A stretch of DNA of 64,000 nt, taken from NCBI GenBank assembly GCA_029953675.1, contig JAMWBK010000007.1:62001-126000 (forward strand). Direction: 5' to 3'. The stretch is from Rhodosorus marinus CCMP1338 (Eukaryota; Plantae; Rhodophyta). Shown in pieces: positions 1-14,689 of the stretch (positions are counted from its first letter, which is position 1; each line of letters starts with the position of its first letter). Both the position numbers and the translations under genes were made by a program. The notes under the pieces were generated by a model, which did no database searches, was not told where the DNA came from, and worked only from the letters and a program-made list of their open reading frames with translations.

Positions 1-46
1 AACCCCAATCCTCGACAACAACTACCCTAAAACGTCCGCAGTATAA

Positions 47-3000
47 CTCTACTAGCATAGCCTGAAGCGCTACGCAAGGCGTGAAGATGAAATAATAACT
101 AGGGAGGGAAGCATGCAACCCCAGGCGCCGATGGCGCGCCTCGGCAAGCATGCTGCTCTAATATCGCCACAGAGAGACACTTAAGCGCCGCAAAAGTTCC
201 AAGTATTCAACACGATGCTCAGTGGAACATTTCCGCAACCACTCCAAACCCGACTTCTCCACGTGACCAAAGCTTTCCACAATGAAAGGCTGGAACCGGT
301 GGGAGCGACCCTCAGCGCGAGGCAGGCTGGCCATACTCTCGGCATACCGTCGTTCCTTCACGCGGCGAAGGGCCGAAGCAGCTGCTCCCCGGCGACGGGC
401 GGCAGCTGTGAGATGGGCGCTTGCCACAGGGCATGTAATCGCGAGGTCAACATATGCTGAGCGCCTGGCGGCAGCATCGGAGACGAGGAGATCTGCGATA
501 CGGCGGGGCGGTGCCCTATCTGAGACCGATCTGGGTAGTTCCGATTCCACCTCAACCGTATGCCCTACCCGAGTCAGACATTCGCTGAGAATGTACTTGA
601 AGCGAGTGTGACGCCTCGTACGAAGACCTCTCAACAGTCCGCATGAACCTAAGAAATGGTAACCACATGCATCGATCCGACTCTCACATCCCTGACAGAA
701 AGACGGCCGATTAGAGTGCCAGGGAGCTTGTGGCAAACCCAGGTAAATCCGTGCGGCAAAGCGAAACTTGAAGGCATCCAGACGGTGACCCAGTGATGAC
801 GGCAGGGTCGTTAACCACAAATGTGAAAGATGGCCTCCCGTGCCGCGGAGGCGAGCGGCGATAGGCGGTGTGAGTGGAGAGTTGAGCAAGATTGCGTGAG
901 CGGCACTGTGTTGGCCCCAGGTGAGGCTATGTTGAATCACATCAGTGCGCGAGCTCCACAATCGGCTCAGACCCGGGTAATCGGCAACCGGTGACCCGGG
1001 GCTATCTTTCCCCTCGTCGGCGAGTACTCTGTCGACGGGAGAGTCCTCGAGCGCCTAAGTTCGTCCCCATAACAGCTGATTCCAGGAGCGAAATCTGGAT
1101 CGGCTCTCGTCCGGCACGGCGTTGCACTTGCTGAACGCCTGTTGCAGGGCATCATAGATACTCAAAAGCGGCGGCGGAAGGGTCACGGGGTTTGGGCTAG
1201 TCAGTGCTCTAGCCAAAAGGCAAGCACTTCGCATTCGAAAACTCACCAAGGTGCGAAGCGCGGTAGCCCAGGCGGGGACCGCCGCTGCCGAGCATCGATT
1301 CCACGGTCGGCCACTCCAAATCCGCCTAATCGTAAAGGTAGGGCAATCTGGCCACGAATTAGGTCCCTGTCAGGAGCCGCTTCCATATCCAGGGGTTCAT
1401 CCAGGAGCGTTCCCCAGTGCTTCAGCGTCGCCTCGTCCGCCTTGGCTGCCATCCACGAGCCCCAGTGCGGTGGAAGGCTTCGCAGCCAGTAATTCAGTCG
1501 GGGGCCGGCACAAAAGCGGGAGAGCAGGCAGGCCGATTGGAGCATGCAATCCGGTAGGCGCTCAATGGCGTCGGTGAGCTGCTTATGGCGCGCTAAAACT
1601 CGTTCGCAAGAGTCTTGGACAAAGTTGTCACTCCCCAAACCGACGCCATGGTGCTCGAGCCCCGCATGTTCACCAAGGGCCCGGAGACTAGGTGGCAGGG
1701 AGCCCCTCGAAACTTCACGCGAGAAAACGGCATTTTTCGGGTTCCACGGTTAGACCTACTCCACGTGCGATTGCTTCGATCTGGGTCACTCCCCGAGCCA
1801 AGTGCTCAGGAGTGCCCAGCAACGTCACGTCGTCATGGTAGGCACAGATGCGAAGCTCCGGCACCTCAGCCGCCAGTCGCTGGAGCACGAGCTGCAAGGC
1901 ACAGGCGTGAAGTACCAGCTCACAAGGATTACCCTGTTGGACGCCAGTACGTGCTGCAAAAACAGAGCCCTGCGTTGTCAAGTAAGGGAGGCTCCCCCCT
2001 CCGTAAATACCGGATAGGAACGGCCACGCCTCCGGGAATACCCTGCGAATCACCTCCAAAGCATGCGTCCGCGAGACGCTGTTGAACGCGTTACGGAAGT
2101 CAACTACCAAAACGCCCCAATCAGGCCTACTGGCTCGCTCGAGTTCGATCGTATGGGTGATTAGTTGGCTTGGCTTGGCTTTACTAGCATAGCCTGAAGC
2201 GCTACGCAAGGCGTGAAGATGAACTAATAACTAGGGAGGGAAGCATGCAACCCCAGGCGCCGATGGCGCGCCTCGGAAAGCATGTCGCTGGAATATCGCC
2301 GAAGGGAGACACTTAAACGCCTCAAGAGCGCCAAATATTCAGTAGGATGCTCAGCAAAACATTTCCGCAACCACTCTAAACCCGACTTATCGACGTGACC
2401 AAAGCTTTCCACAATGAATGGCTGGAACCCGTGAGAGCGACCCTCAGCGCAAGGCAGACTGGCCATGCTCTCAGCATACCGTCGTTCCTATGGGACGCGA
2501 CCCCCGAAAAATCCCACCCCTACCTGCCAAGGCGCCATAAAGGCGGTGACTCGCTGGCGTAGGTGCTGGCATAGCCATCTCCCGGCGAGTTTCCGTAGAC
2601 TCTCAACCATGCCGATTGGCCGGAGACGCGGGTGTGCCGGCTCGTGGTCGGGTTTCGTTAACAAGCAAAGCTGTGCCCGTCGCAGATGGTCCAGAGGGGC
2701 AGACGCACCCCCTGCACCCTGGAACAGCGTATTCAGGATCTTCACCAGGGCGCTATGGCCAGGCTTGCTCAAGGCCTGCATAATTCCGTTCGTAGCCCAG
2801 AGGGTCCAGCGCAGCGTCCACGACGGGAGGTCCGGAGCAAATCCTCCAGATCGGACTCACGGAGCGTCAGGTCGATGCAGAACCTGGCCAACTCTGGACG
2901 GTCTAAAAATGCGTCGAATTCGGGGAGCAAGTCTACGTCGGACGAGGGGAACAACGCCGACACAGTCTGGTCGAGGCTCTCGTCGTACGGGTGTACAGGA

Positions 3001-5113
3001 ATCTGACCCTCCAAGACCGTGCCGTTCGGCTCAGGTCGCCAGCCGCCATCAAATTTCTGCACTCGAGTCGTCCTAGGCGAGTCTGTCCCAGCACGAGTCC
3101 TCCGGCCGGATGCCTCGGATGACGCCAAGTAGCTCTGCTGCAACACCTCAAATTCCCCCTTCAGGAACATGGCCAGTCGTTCTCGGACGCGCCATCTGCG
3201 CTCCGATGTGTGAGTAGGTGCCAGAATCAGGCGCGGGATGACCCCCAAAAATTCCCACATAGCGACGTCCCGTTAATTACGCGCCAGACTCTGGAAAATA
3301 AAATCCAGGATTGTCCTGGCCATGGAGAGCTCTCCTCGAGGGAGGACCAGAGGCGGAATCCTGCCCCGGAGGGTTAGGGAGGCTCCTCCAAAGAAATTCA
3401 TCGTCGGAGCCAACTCCGCGGGCGCGTGCGCCAGATGCCCCAGTCTCCGGCCTCCTTCAGGACATAAGCCTGCAGGTCCATTGCTGCGACCTCGCATCCG
3501 TGCCCGGGGAGCTAATCTGTGCTTCTCCCCCTTAGACCCGGGGGAGTCGGTCCTCGCGCGCTTGCCTCCTAACCTCACCAAACTGGTCAACCGGCCACTC
3601 CGCGAGGCTCGCGGGATGGCTCCCCGCGGATTCAACAAAGTAATAGGGGCGTTCTCGACCGACATGACCTCCGGCTCCCCTTCCTCGCCACTCGCACTGG
3701 ACGCGGTGCTTGGAGCAAAGCCCTCTAATACTCCCAAACGCCGTAGCTCTGCCTTTTGACTTGAGGTCAGCACAAGGTGCCTCTGCCGGTCAAAAAAAGG
3801 TAGAGGCAGCTGCGCGTAGATGGCGTGGACACGACGCAAAACGCTCCAAAAGTATCCGCTCCATGCGATGAATGCGAGGCCAATGCATGGCTGCAGCTTT
3901 CACACTGGTCTCCTGCTCAGATAGCCCTGCTGTTTCTTCGGGAGAGAGGAAAGTGCCGGAAAAACGGTCGAACCCGAATGCAATACGACCTGGGGTTGAG
4001 AACGCAACCAGCGGGCGCTCTCAGGCCACTGCTCGGTAGGCTTCTCCAGCAGGGCCTGCAAGTACGTGGCCGCGGTCGGCGTGAGCACAAAGAGGACATC
4101 GCGACCCTCATAATTTGCGATAATGAAGTCTTCGCGGCTACACCCCAAAGACTCTGCAAAAGTATCCGGAAAATCTCTCATGGACGGGACCTGGCCACAT
4201 TTAGTCTGGGGCCGGACGTTGCCCACCCGGGGGAATTGCAAAGTGGTCTCCCCAGGTCCGTCCTGCTGCTCGCGAGAGGGCAAAAATCTTAACATAGCCG
4301 CCGTTCGTGCGGCTGTGGTACCCTTCCGCAAAACTGAGACGTAAGACCGGGCCCCCTTGGGACCACCGCGTGCCCCCGCCTTGGCTTGGAGCTGTCGCCC
4401 ACCTGAGGGCTGGCCCAGGATGGGAAAGTCCGCTCCCGCTGAGGGAACATTCGAAGGATTAGGCAGCTCTGCACCCCTCTCCGAAGAGCACCAGCTGCGG
4501 AACCACCTTTGTCACCTCCAGATCCCGGAGCTCCCCTCACCTGTCCCGGGACAGGTTGTTGATTGACCTGGAGAAATTGACTGTCTTCTGCCAACTTGGC
4601 CACCCGGCTGGAATTCAAATTCTCACCCGAATTTGAATTTTCCCTCGCCAGGAGACCCAATTCCGGCCCCCTTAGCTTCTGGGTGAGCTGAGGAATGACA
4701 CCTCGATTGCCCGCGGCCGTAATCAGGCTTGTTACAGCAGAGAGCAGGGCACGCACTTCCGTACTAGGCACTCCACCTGCGTGGAGAAAGGGCCCGCGCG
4801 AAGAGACACTCTGTGTCCACCCTCAGTAGACACCTCCGCCCTCGGGATCCCCGGATCCTCAGGAGTGGAGCGCGGAGGAACCCCGGTCATCACGGAAGAG
4901 TATGTTCAACAGGAGTTTCACGAAGGAACCATACCAAAATATCCCGCACAATCCAGCGCCGCAGACCGAAAACTCTGGATCGAACACACCCAAAGGGGGA
5001 GAATCCCCGATAATCAACCACGAAACCCCCAAAAGCGGGAGAAAAGACAGCGAGAGGATGCGCCTGCAACGAGGAAATCCTCTCGGACCGCAACACGACT
5101 CCAATCGCAATCC
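47..5113 (-). mobile_element. Family A non-LTR retrotransposon copy A1 (ORF1 + RT-RLE ORF2), frameshifted, interrupted by a short A insert
   Basis: Minus-strand ORF pieces give RT motifs (LRPIGMVE, VVDFRNAFNSVSR, TGVQQG, AYHDD), the CRE-like LPLRLGGFG motif, a CQGC..H..C knuckle, and RRH / IADLLV / YVDLAITCP / FQPFIVESFG endonuclease motifs. ORF1 pieces lie at 3273-4880. The 3' terminus CTATGCTAGT is at about 47-60. Confidence 0.92.
2167..2488 (-). mobile_element. 5'-truncated family A 3' fragment nested in the RT region of A1
   Basis: ORF 2224..2466 is the A C-terminus. It ends in TAGTAAAGCCAAGCCAAGCC and splits the A1 RT between GVGFFGG and LITHTIELE. Confidence 0.9.
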
Positions 5114-5189
5114 GGAACTAAGAACTAGGGAGGGAAGAGTGCAAACCCAGGCGCCGATGGCGCGCCTCGGCAAGCATGCTGCTAGAATA
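5114..5189 (-). mobile_element. 3' end of an older family A copy, split by A2 (continues at 9967-9984)
   Basis: Reverse complement of A 3' end CTAGCAGCATGCTTGCCGAGG...CTTAGTTCC. The adjoining sequence AGAATATCGCCACAGGGC resumes at 9967. Confidence 0.85.
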
Positions 5190-8100
5190 GGCTTTGTTAA
5201 TAAAACCACAAAGCGGGATCAGGAGCAAAAAGCCCTAGCAAAAGCATTCGTAAGGGTTTCCGGTGCTAGTTTTCGATGGTTTTTGCGTGGCAAGTGGGTT
5301 CTTCGGTGGGAGGTGCTTCTCTCTGCTGCCTTTTCCCCCGTTTTTTCGGGTTTTGTGGTTGGTAGTCGGATCATTCACCTTCTGGTTGTTGGGTCGTGAC
5401 GCGGAGTTTTCTCCTGTGGAGTTGGGTGGTGTGTGTTTTCGGCGGGGGATTTGGTGATTAAAGTATCGTCACTAAATTCTCTCGTGATGGTAGGGGTTTC
5501 CCCGCGCCCTGCTCCCTCGGGAGCGGAGCTCCCTGTCAACGAGGTGTCCTTTGGGGTTGGGCACCGGGTGTGTCTAAGTTCGGGCCCCTTCTCTACGCAG
5601 GTGGAGCTGCAGGGCGCCACTGGTATGGAGGTACGAGCCCTCATGTCAGCCGTCACCACCCTAATCACCGCCGCGGGGGACAAGGGCGTCCTGCCGCAGC
5701 TGACCCAACGCCTTGGTTTGCTGGAATCCAGCCTCCTGGCGCCTGCTCTAAAATCTAACATGGTGGCCACGGTGGCTACGCGGCCCCCAGGCAGTCAAAA
5801 TCAAGGGATCAGTCACTCTGCGACTGTTCCCGAACAGGTGCGGGCTGCCGAGCCCGCTGTTGGTCGTCCCTCGACTGGCACCTCTTCGGGGAGGGGTGCA
5901 GCTATCTCTACTCCTTTGCACGTCCCTACAACGGGAGCGGACTTTCCTGTGTGCTGGGCCAGCCCTCAGGTGGAGGACAGCTCCAGGTCAAGGCGGTGAC
6001 ACGTGGTGGCCCTAAGGGGGGCCCGTCGTACGTCTCGGTTTGACGGAAGGGTATCACAGCCGCCCATACGGCGGCTATGCTAGAATATTTTGCCCTTTCG
6101 CGAGCAGCAGGGCGGACTTGACGTGACTACTTTGCAATTCCTTTGGGTACGCAACGTTTGGCCCCAGACTACACGGGCAAGGTCCCATCCAAGCGTAATT
6201 TCCGGAATACTTTTGCGGAGTCCTTGGGCTGTTGCCGAGACGACTTCCTTTTTGCGAACTACGAGGGCCGGGATGTTCTTTTCGTGGTCACTGCAACAAC
6301 GGCCACGTACCTGCAGGCACTAGTGGGCAAGCCTACAGGGCAATGGCCTGAGCGTGCCCGCTGGTTGCGGTCTCATCCCCAGGTCGTTCTGCACTTTGAC
6401 TTTGACCGTTTCTCGGGCGCTTTCCTGTCTCCCGAAGAAACAGGGGGACTCTCTCAGCACGAAACCAGCGTGAAAGCCGCAGCCATCCATTGGCTACGCC
6501 TTCACCGCATTGAGCGTATACTTTTGGAGCGTTTCGCGTCCGGGCCACGCCACCTGCGTGCAGCCGTCTCTACCCTTTTCGACTGGGAGAGGCGCCTTGT
6601 GCTGAGCTCGAGTCAAACGGCGGAGTTACAGAGGTTGAGGGTAATAGAGGGCTCTGCTACCAACACCATTTCCAGTGAGAGTGGTAAGGAAGGGGAACAG
6701 AATGAGGGCATGTCGGTGGAGAACGCCCCTTTTACTTTGTTGAAGCCCGAGGGAGCTATCCCGCGAGCCTCGCGGAGTGGGCGGCTGACCACTCTGGTGA
6801 GGTTAGGCGGAAAACGTGCGAGGACCGACTCCCCCGGGTCTAAGGGGGAGAAGCACGATTAGCTCCCCGGGGTACGGCTGTGAGGTCGCAGCCGATGGAT
6901 TTGCAGTCTTATGTCATGAAGGAGGGCGGAGACTGGGGCATTTGGCGTACGCGTTTACGAAGTTGGCTCCGGCGTTGGATCTCTTTGGAAGGAGGCTTGC
7001 TTCCCCTCCGTGGCAGAATTCCGCCTGCCGTCCTACCTCGCGGCGAGCTCTTAGTGGCTGGGAACATCCTGGACTTCATCTTCACGAGCCTGGCGGTAAC
7101 CTTCGGGACACCGTCATTTGGGAATTTCTGGGGGTCATGCCGCGCCTGATTCTGGCCCCAATTCACACACCGGAGCGCAGATGGCGTGTCCGAGATCGGC
7201 TTGCCATGTTCCTGAAAGGGGAACTCGAGGTGTTGCAGGAAAGCTACTTGGCGTCGTTGGAACCAACCGTTCGTCGGACCCGGGCTGGAAGCGTCTCGCC
7301 CCTGACGGCTCGAGTACAGAAATTGGTAGCGGTGGGCGACTTGAGTCGAGCGGCGCGAGTTCTGGAGGGCCAGGCGCCTGTCCTCCCCTGCGAATAAAGT
7401 CACGCCCAGACGGTGTCATCTTTGTTCCCCTCGTCCGACGTGGACTTGCTACCCGAATCCGAGGCATTCTTGGACCGTCCGGAGTTTGCCCGGTTTCAAA
7501 TCGACCTGAGTCTCAACGAGTCTGATCTGGAGGATTTGCTTCGTACTTCGCGTCGTGGACGCTGTCCTGGACCCTCAGGGCTTCGAACCGAATTATTGCA
7601 GGCCTTGGGCAAGCCTGGCCGGAGCGCGCTGCTCAAGCTCCTGAACACACTGTTCCAGGGCACATCGGCTGCGTCTGCCAATGGGAACATCTCCGAAGGG
7701 CACAACTTTGCTTGCTCACGAAGCCTGGCCATCAGCCCGTCCACCCGCGTCTCCGACCGATCGGTATGGTCGAGAGCCTACGGAAGCTAGCTGGAAGGTG
7801 GCTATGCCAGCGCTTTCGCCAGCGGGTCACGGCTTTCATGGCGCCCTTGCAAGTTGGGGTGGGATTTTCCTGGGGTTGCGAATTGATCACCCACGGGATC
7901 GAGGTGGAGCGTGCCTGTAGGCCGGACTGGGGAGTTTTGGTGGTTGATTTTCGAAACTTATTCAACAGCGTCTCGCGGACGCATGCGTTGGAGGTGATCC
8001 GATGGGTTTTTCCGGAGGCGTTGCCCTTCCTCTCTGGTCTTTACGGAAGGGGGAGCCTCCCCTACTGCACCAGGGAGGGCAATGTTTTCCAAGCACATAC

Positions 8101-9966
8101 TAGAGTCCAACAAGGCGATCCTTGTGGGCCTCTACTTCATGCCTGTGCCTTGCAGCTCGTTCTCCTGCGGTTTTCCTGGTCTCGCGACTGAGGTGCCGGC
8201 TCTTCGTATCTACGCCTATCACGACGACGTGACCTTGCTGGGCGCCCCTGAAACCCTGGCTCAGGGGTTGACCCAGATCGAAGCGATTGCACGTGGAGTA
8301 GGTCTGACGGTGGAACCCAAAAAATGTCGTTTTCTCGCTCCAAGTGAAGTTTCGATGGCCTCTCTGCCATCTAATCTACGAACCATTGGCGAACGTGAGG
8401 GGTTGGAGCACCACGGCGTCGGTTTCTGGAGCAACAACTTCATCCAAGCCTCTTGCGAACGAATTTTGACTCGGCACAAGCAGCTCACTGACGCCATTGA
8501 GCGCCTTCCAGACAGCATGCTGCAATCGGCCTGCTTGTTTTCCCGCTTTTATGCCGGTCCCCGACTCAATTACTGGTTGCGTAGCCTACCACCCGACTGG
8601 GGTTCGTGGATCGCCGCCAAGGCCGACGAGATGACGCTGAACCACTGGGAAACGCTCTTGGATGAACCCCACGACCTTGAAGCGGCTCCCGACAGGGAAT
8701 TAATTCGTGCCCAGCTCGCTCTGCCGTTGCGCTTAGGGGGATTTGGTGTGGCAGATCGGGGACTCGTCTGCTCGCCTGCAGCGGTCGCCTCCTGGGCAAC
8801 CGCGCTCCGTACCTTGGTGACTTTCCGGATACAAAGTGCCTGCATTTTGGCCCGAGCACTGACTAGCGAGGACCCAGTGACCCTTTCGCCCCAGCTTTTG
8901 ACAATCTATGATGGTCTACAACAGGCGTTCCGGAAGTGCTAACGCCGTGCCGGACGAGAATCTATCCCGTTTTCGCTCCTGGCGGGAACTGCTATGGGGA
9001 CGAACTGAGGTGATTGAGGATTCACCCATTGACAGAGTTCTTGCCGATGAGGGAGAAGCTAGCCCCGGGTCACCTGTTGCAGATTACCCAGGTCTGAACC
9101 GATTGTGGAGCTCCCGCACTGATGTGATTCAACATAGCCTCACCTGGGGCCAACACAGTGCCGCTCACGCAATCCTGCTCAACTCTCCCCTCACACCGCC
9201 TACCACCGCCGATCGGCTCCGCGGCATGGGAGGCCATCTCTCGCACCTGTGGTTAACCACTCTACCTTCGTCGCCGAGTCACCGTCTCGATGCCTTCCAG
9301 TTCCGCTCCGCCGCACGGATCTGCTTAGGTTTGCCACAAGCCCCGTGGCACTCTAATCGGCCATCTTTCTGTCAGGGATGTGAGAGCCGGATTGACGCTT
9401 GTGGCTACCACTTCTTGGGTTCATGCGGACTGTTGCGAGGTCTCCGCACGTGGCGCCACACTCGTCTCAAGTACATCCTAAGCGAATGTTTAACTCGGGT
9501 AGGAGATACGGTTGAGGTGGAATCGGAACTACCCAGATCGGTCTCGGACACGGCGCCGGTCCGCTGTATCGCAGATCTTCTTGTATCAGACCCTGCCGCC
9601 CCCCGCCGAGGGGCACCCGCTTCGGCTCCTCGACGAGTAAAGGAACGACGATATACTGAGAGCATGGCTAGTCTGCCCTAGGCCGAGGCCCTACGCCGAG
9701 GGTCGCTCCCACCGGTTCCAGTCTTTCATTGTGGAAAGCTTTGGTCATGTGGATAAGCCGGGTTTAGAGTGGTTGCGGAAAAGTTTGGCTGAGCATCCTA
9801 CTGAGTACTTGGCGCTTTTACGGCGTTTGAGTGCTGCCCTGTGGCGATATTCTAGCAGCATGCTTGCCGAGGCGCGCCATCGGCGCCTGGGTTTGCACGC
9901 TTCCCTCCCTAGTTCTTAGTTCCTTTTCACGCCTTGCGTAGCACTTCAGGCTATGCTAGTAAAGCC
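5190..9966 (+). mobile_element. Family A copy A2, full length, multiply frameshifted
   Basis: ORF1 starts MVGVSP at 5487 and ends GEKHD* at 6862. ORF2 (MDLQSY...) has RT and RLE motifs in broken frames to 9919. Flanked by AGAATA at 5184-5189 and 9967-9972. Confidence 0.92.
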
Positions 9967-10139
9967 AGAATATCGCCACAGGGCGGCACACAATGCTGCT
10001 TTACTGGCTTTACTAGCTGCTTTACTAGCATAGGCCCTGCTGGCGGTGGTCTTCAATGATTGTATTTATTCGGAGAAAGTGAGGAAACGAAGAAGGACAC
10101 ATTTCCTATCATGAGTGAATGCGTGATTCGGGGCTGAGA

Positions 10140-11035
10140 AAAACGGGGGGTAAAAAGAACGATTGAAGGCGAAGCTCACGCGCTTCCAACATCAAACCGG
10201 CGTTCATATGCAATAACAGGAACACACCTATGACTCCCCGTTCCCTCTCATAGGACACCCACCCGAGTTAGTTTTCCAATAAATCAAACAGGCAACTCAA
10301 ACGGGTAAACGACGAGGAGATTCGCTCGGGGTGCTCACGGAACCCTTCGCGAAGCCAACGGGAACCAACTGGAGCCAACGGAATCCATAAATCCAAAACC
10401 CTCAATTACCAAGGACACCAGGCGATAGGCGGGGTGATTGATTTGGAACCTGCACGCTGTAGTGCTAAAGGAAGCTAACAGAAGTAGCGAGCGTAACTAG
10501 CCCCCTCAACGGGATAGTAAACCAGATTCTCAGGGAAAATACTCCTTGGAGACGAATCGCGCGCGATCACATTGAGCGCTTGAGCTTATAATTGATTCCT
10601 GCCCTGGCCGAAGTTAAAATCTCACCATTGCGCTCAATATTTGATGTTAAGTCCGCAGCATATTCCGTTGCCGCCTTCCCAAACCGTCCAAATACCTCCA
10701 CAACAGAAGGAACAGACATAAAGTCATTGTATAATCCATTGAATCTCGAGAATGTACCCGGTTCCCAACTTCCCCTGGGACCTCAATAACGAGCAGGACG
10801 ACGCGATGCGCTAGGGCTGATTAAAGTACCCTAGCGTCGGTAAGCAGTTTCATAGTAAACGTTCCGCTTAAGGCGGCGCATGATGGTGGCAGCAGCACCG
10901 CGGTGTGGCGACGGGGACAGGGAGTAGCCACGATTCGCCAGTGGACAGGGCTGGCAAGTCGTACGATATCAACATAAGTATTCCGCCGTCCATCAACATC
11001 CGCAACCACCAAATCAGCAACGCTCGGGCCCTTAA
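10140..11035 (-). mobile_element. Degenerate family B 3' region interrupted by a fragment of another RLE element
   Basis: B-like segments (VADVDGRRNTYVD; GGAATCCATAAATCCAAAACCCTC; reverse complement of TTTGATGTTGGAAGCGCG). The internal 10590-10920 segment encodes PSVVEVFGRFGKAATEY on the minus strand. Confidence 0.65.
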
Positions 11036-11109
11036 GACGGGTCTCAAGCCGCGTCTAGTATTGATTTAACCTCGTGTCTCTCCGGTTCGCAGGAATCTAT
11101 CGAAGAAGA

Positions 11110-11400
11110 AGATTGAAATCCAATCAATATACTTGTTGATTGATAAATATCTGACCTCAAGCTGTCGTTATCGGACACTTATCAGACGAACCCCATTTTT
11201 GCTTTCCAGTTCAGGCCCAGTGATTTCTTTTCGTACACGAGCCGAAAGAAACACTTTTCTTTTATTACATAATTCTGGTCTAGTAAACTTGTACGAACCA
11301 TCCGATATTTATCGGACCCTATCGGACGTTTTTATCCGACCCGTTGCGACATCCCCGAAAATACAATCATTAACTGAAAATAAAAAATACGAAAATAACT
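11110..11400. repeat. Probable fragment of the ATCGGAC/GTCCGAT-rich non-coding repeat also found at 50125 and 54050
   Basis: Clustered TTTATCGGAC/TATCGGAC/TTTATCCGAC motifs at 11325-11345 in an AT-rich context. Confidence 0.4.
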
Positions 11401-12111
11401 TGAAAAAAGCGTATCCATAAATTAAGAGAAAACGAAAACACTGGAGGTGCGTGATCGGTAAGCGGTTGTGAGCGTCTGCTCAGAGATACACTAGGCTGTG
11501 CAGGTAGTACCAGAGGCCAACGGATCTATGCGATTTTGCATGGTAGTGTGATCTGGACTGTCCTCACACACGGATCTGGAATCGAGGGTTGATAACCCAA
11601 ATGATCAACGCTTATACCTCGTCTTTGAGGGAAGTACTCGTGTGCTGACGGAGTCGTTGAAACAATCTAACACTGGCACAATGAATTTTCAGTCAACCTC
11701 TCTCCGAAAAGCTGCGCAGATCACTTTGCGAATAAAGTTCCTCCTCAAGATTGGAAGCCAAACAAGAAAAGAAGAAGTCGAGATTCTCGATATCCATCCA
11801 GAATCTTCGCTGCCGTCGTGAAAGAGACCCGCGAGAATCTGACGAAAGAGATTTCGAGCACCAAACCACTACAGCCCTTCAACCGGCAATTTCATTGAAA
11901 ACGGATCTATTGCGTTTTCGGGCGTTTTGCATGGGTTCGTGGAAGTGATTGGAATTTTCGGATCCGCTAGGAGCAGACTTGAGAAGTAGTTTGGTAGTCT
12001 TCTAACGCTCTACTAGGCCGCGGCTCGAATTCACCTGAGGTTGAACGTGAAACAGCGAGCTGAAACTAAAACTTGGTGCAGGCTTTTGGGTTGCTAAGCT
12101 TGGAACTTACT

Positions 12112-14213
<2,102 letters not shown>

Positions 14214-14689
14214 AGCATTCTTCCGAATCCAAAGAAAAATGAGCGAACGCAAACAAGTAGTAGGCAGTGACGAGCAACGTGTCTTCGCAACGGGCAGCCC
14301 TACTGACCCGTATCATCCCCATCGACTGTGGCCCAACTCACAAAAGGGCTAGTTCTGCCACCATCCGTCTCCGACCCGGCAAGAATCGGCTACATGTAGT
14401 CGAGAAAAGTGCCCATGACCATTTTCGATCGGATGCTAGACCTCCGGACGTGCGCGGATGCTAGATGTATCCTTATCACAGCGCGATCTCTGAGGGTTAA
14501 TCGCCGACCGTAACAACTGACTCTGCGGGTCCCCATCGACTGATAAGGTCACCAAGTTCTGTTTAGCACTGATAAGACGTCGGACTGCGCCGTACCTTTC
14601 CGAGATCATTCCCGACGTTGCCCAGAAGTTTTTGTGGTCAGTAAACTTGGGGTTTTTGTCGTTTGGTAGGATATTCCTTAGCTAGTTTG

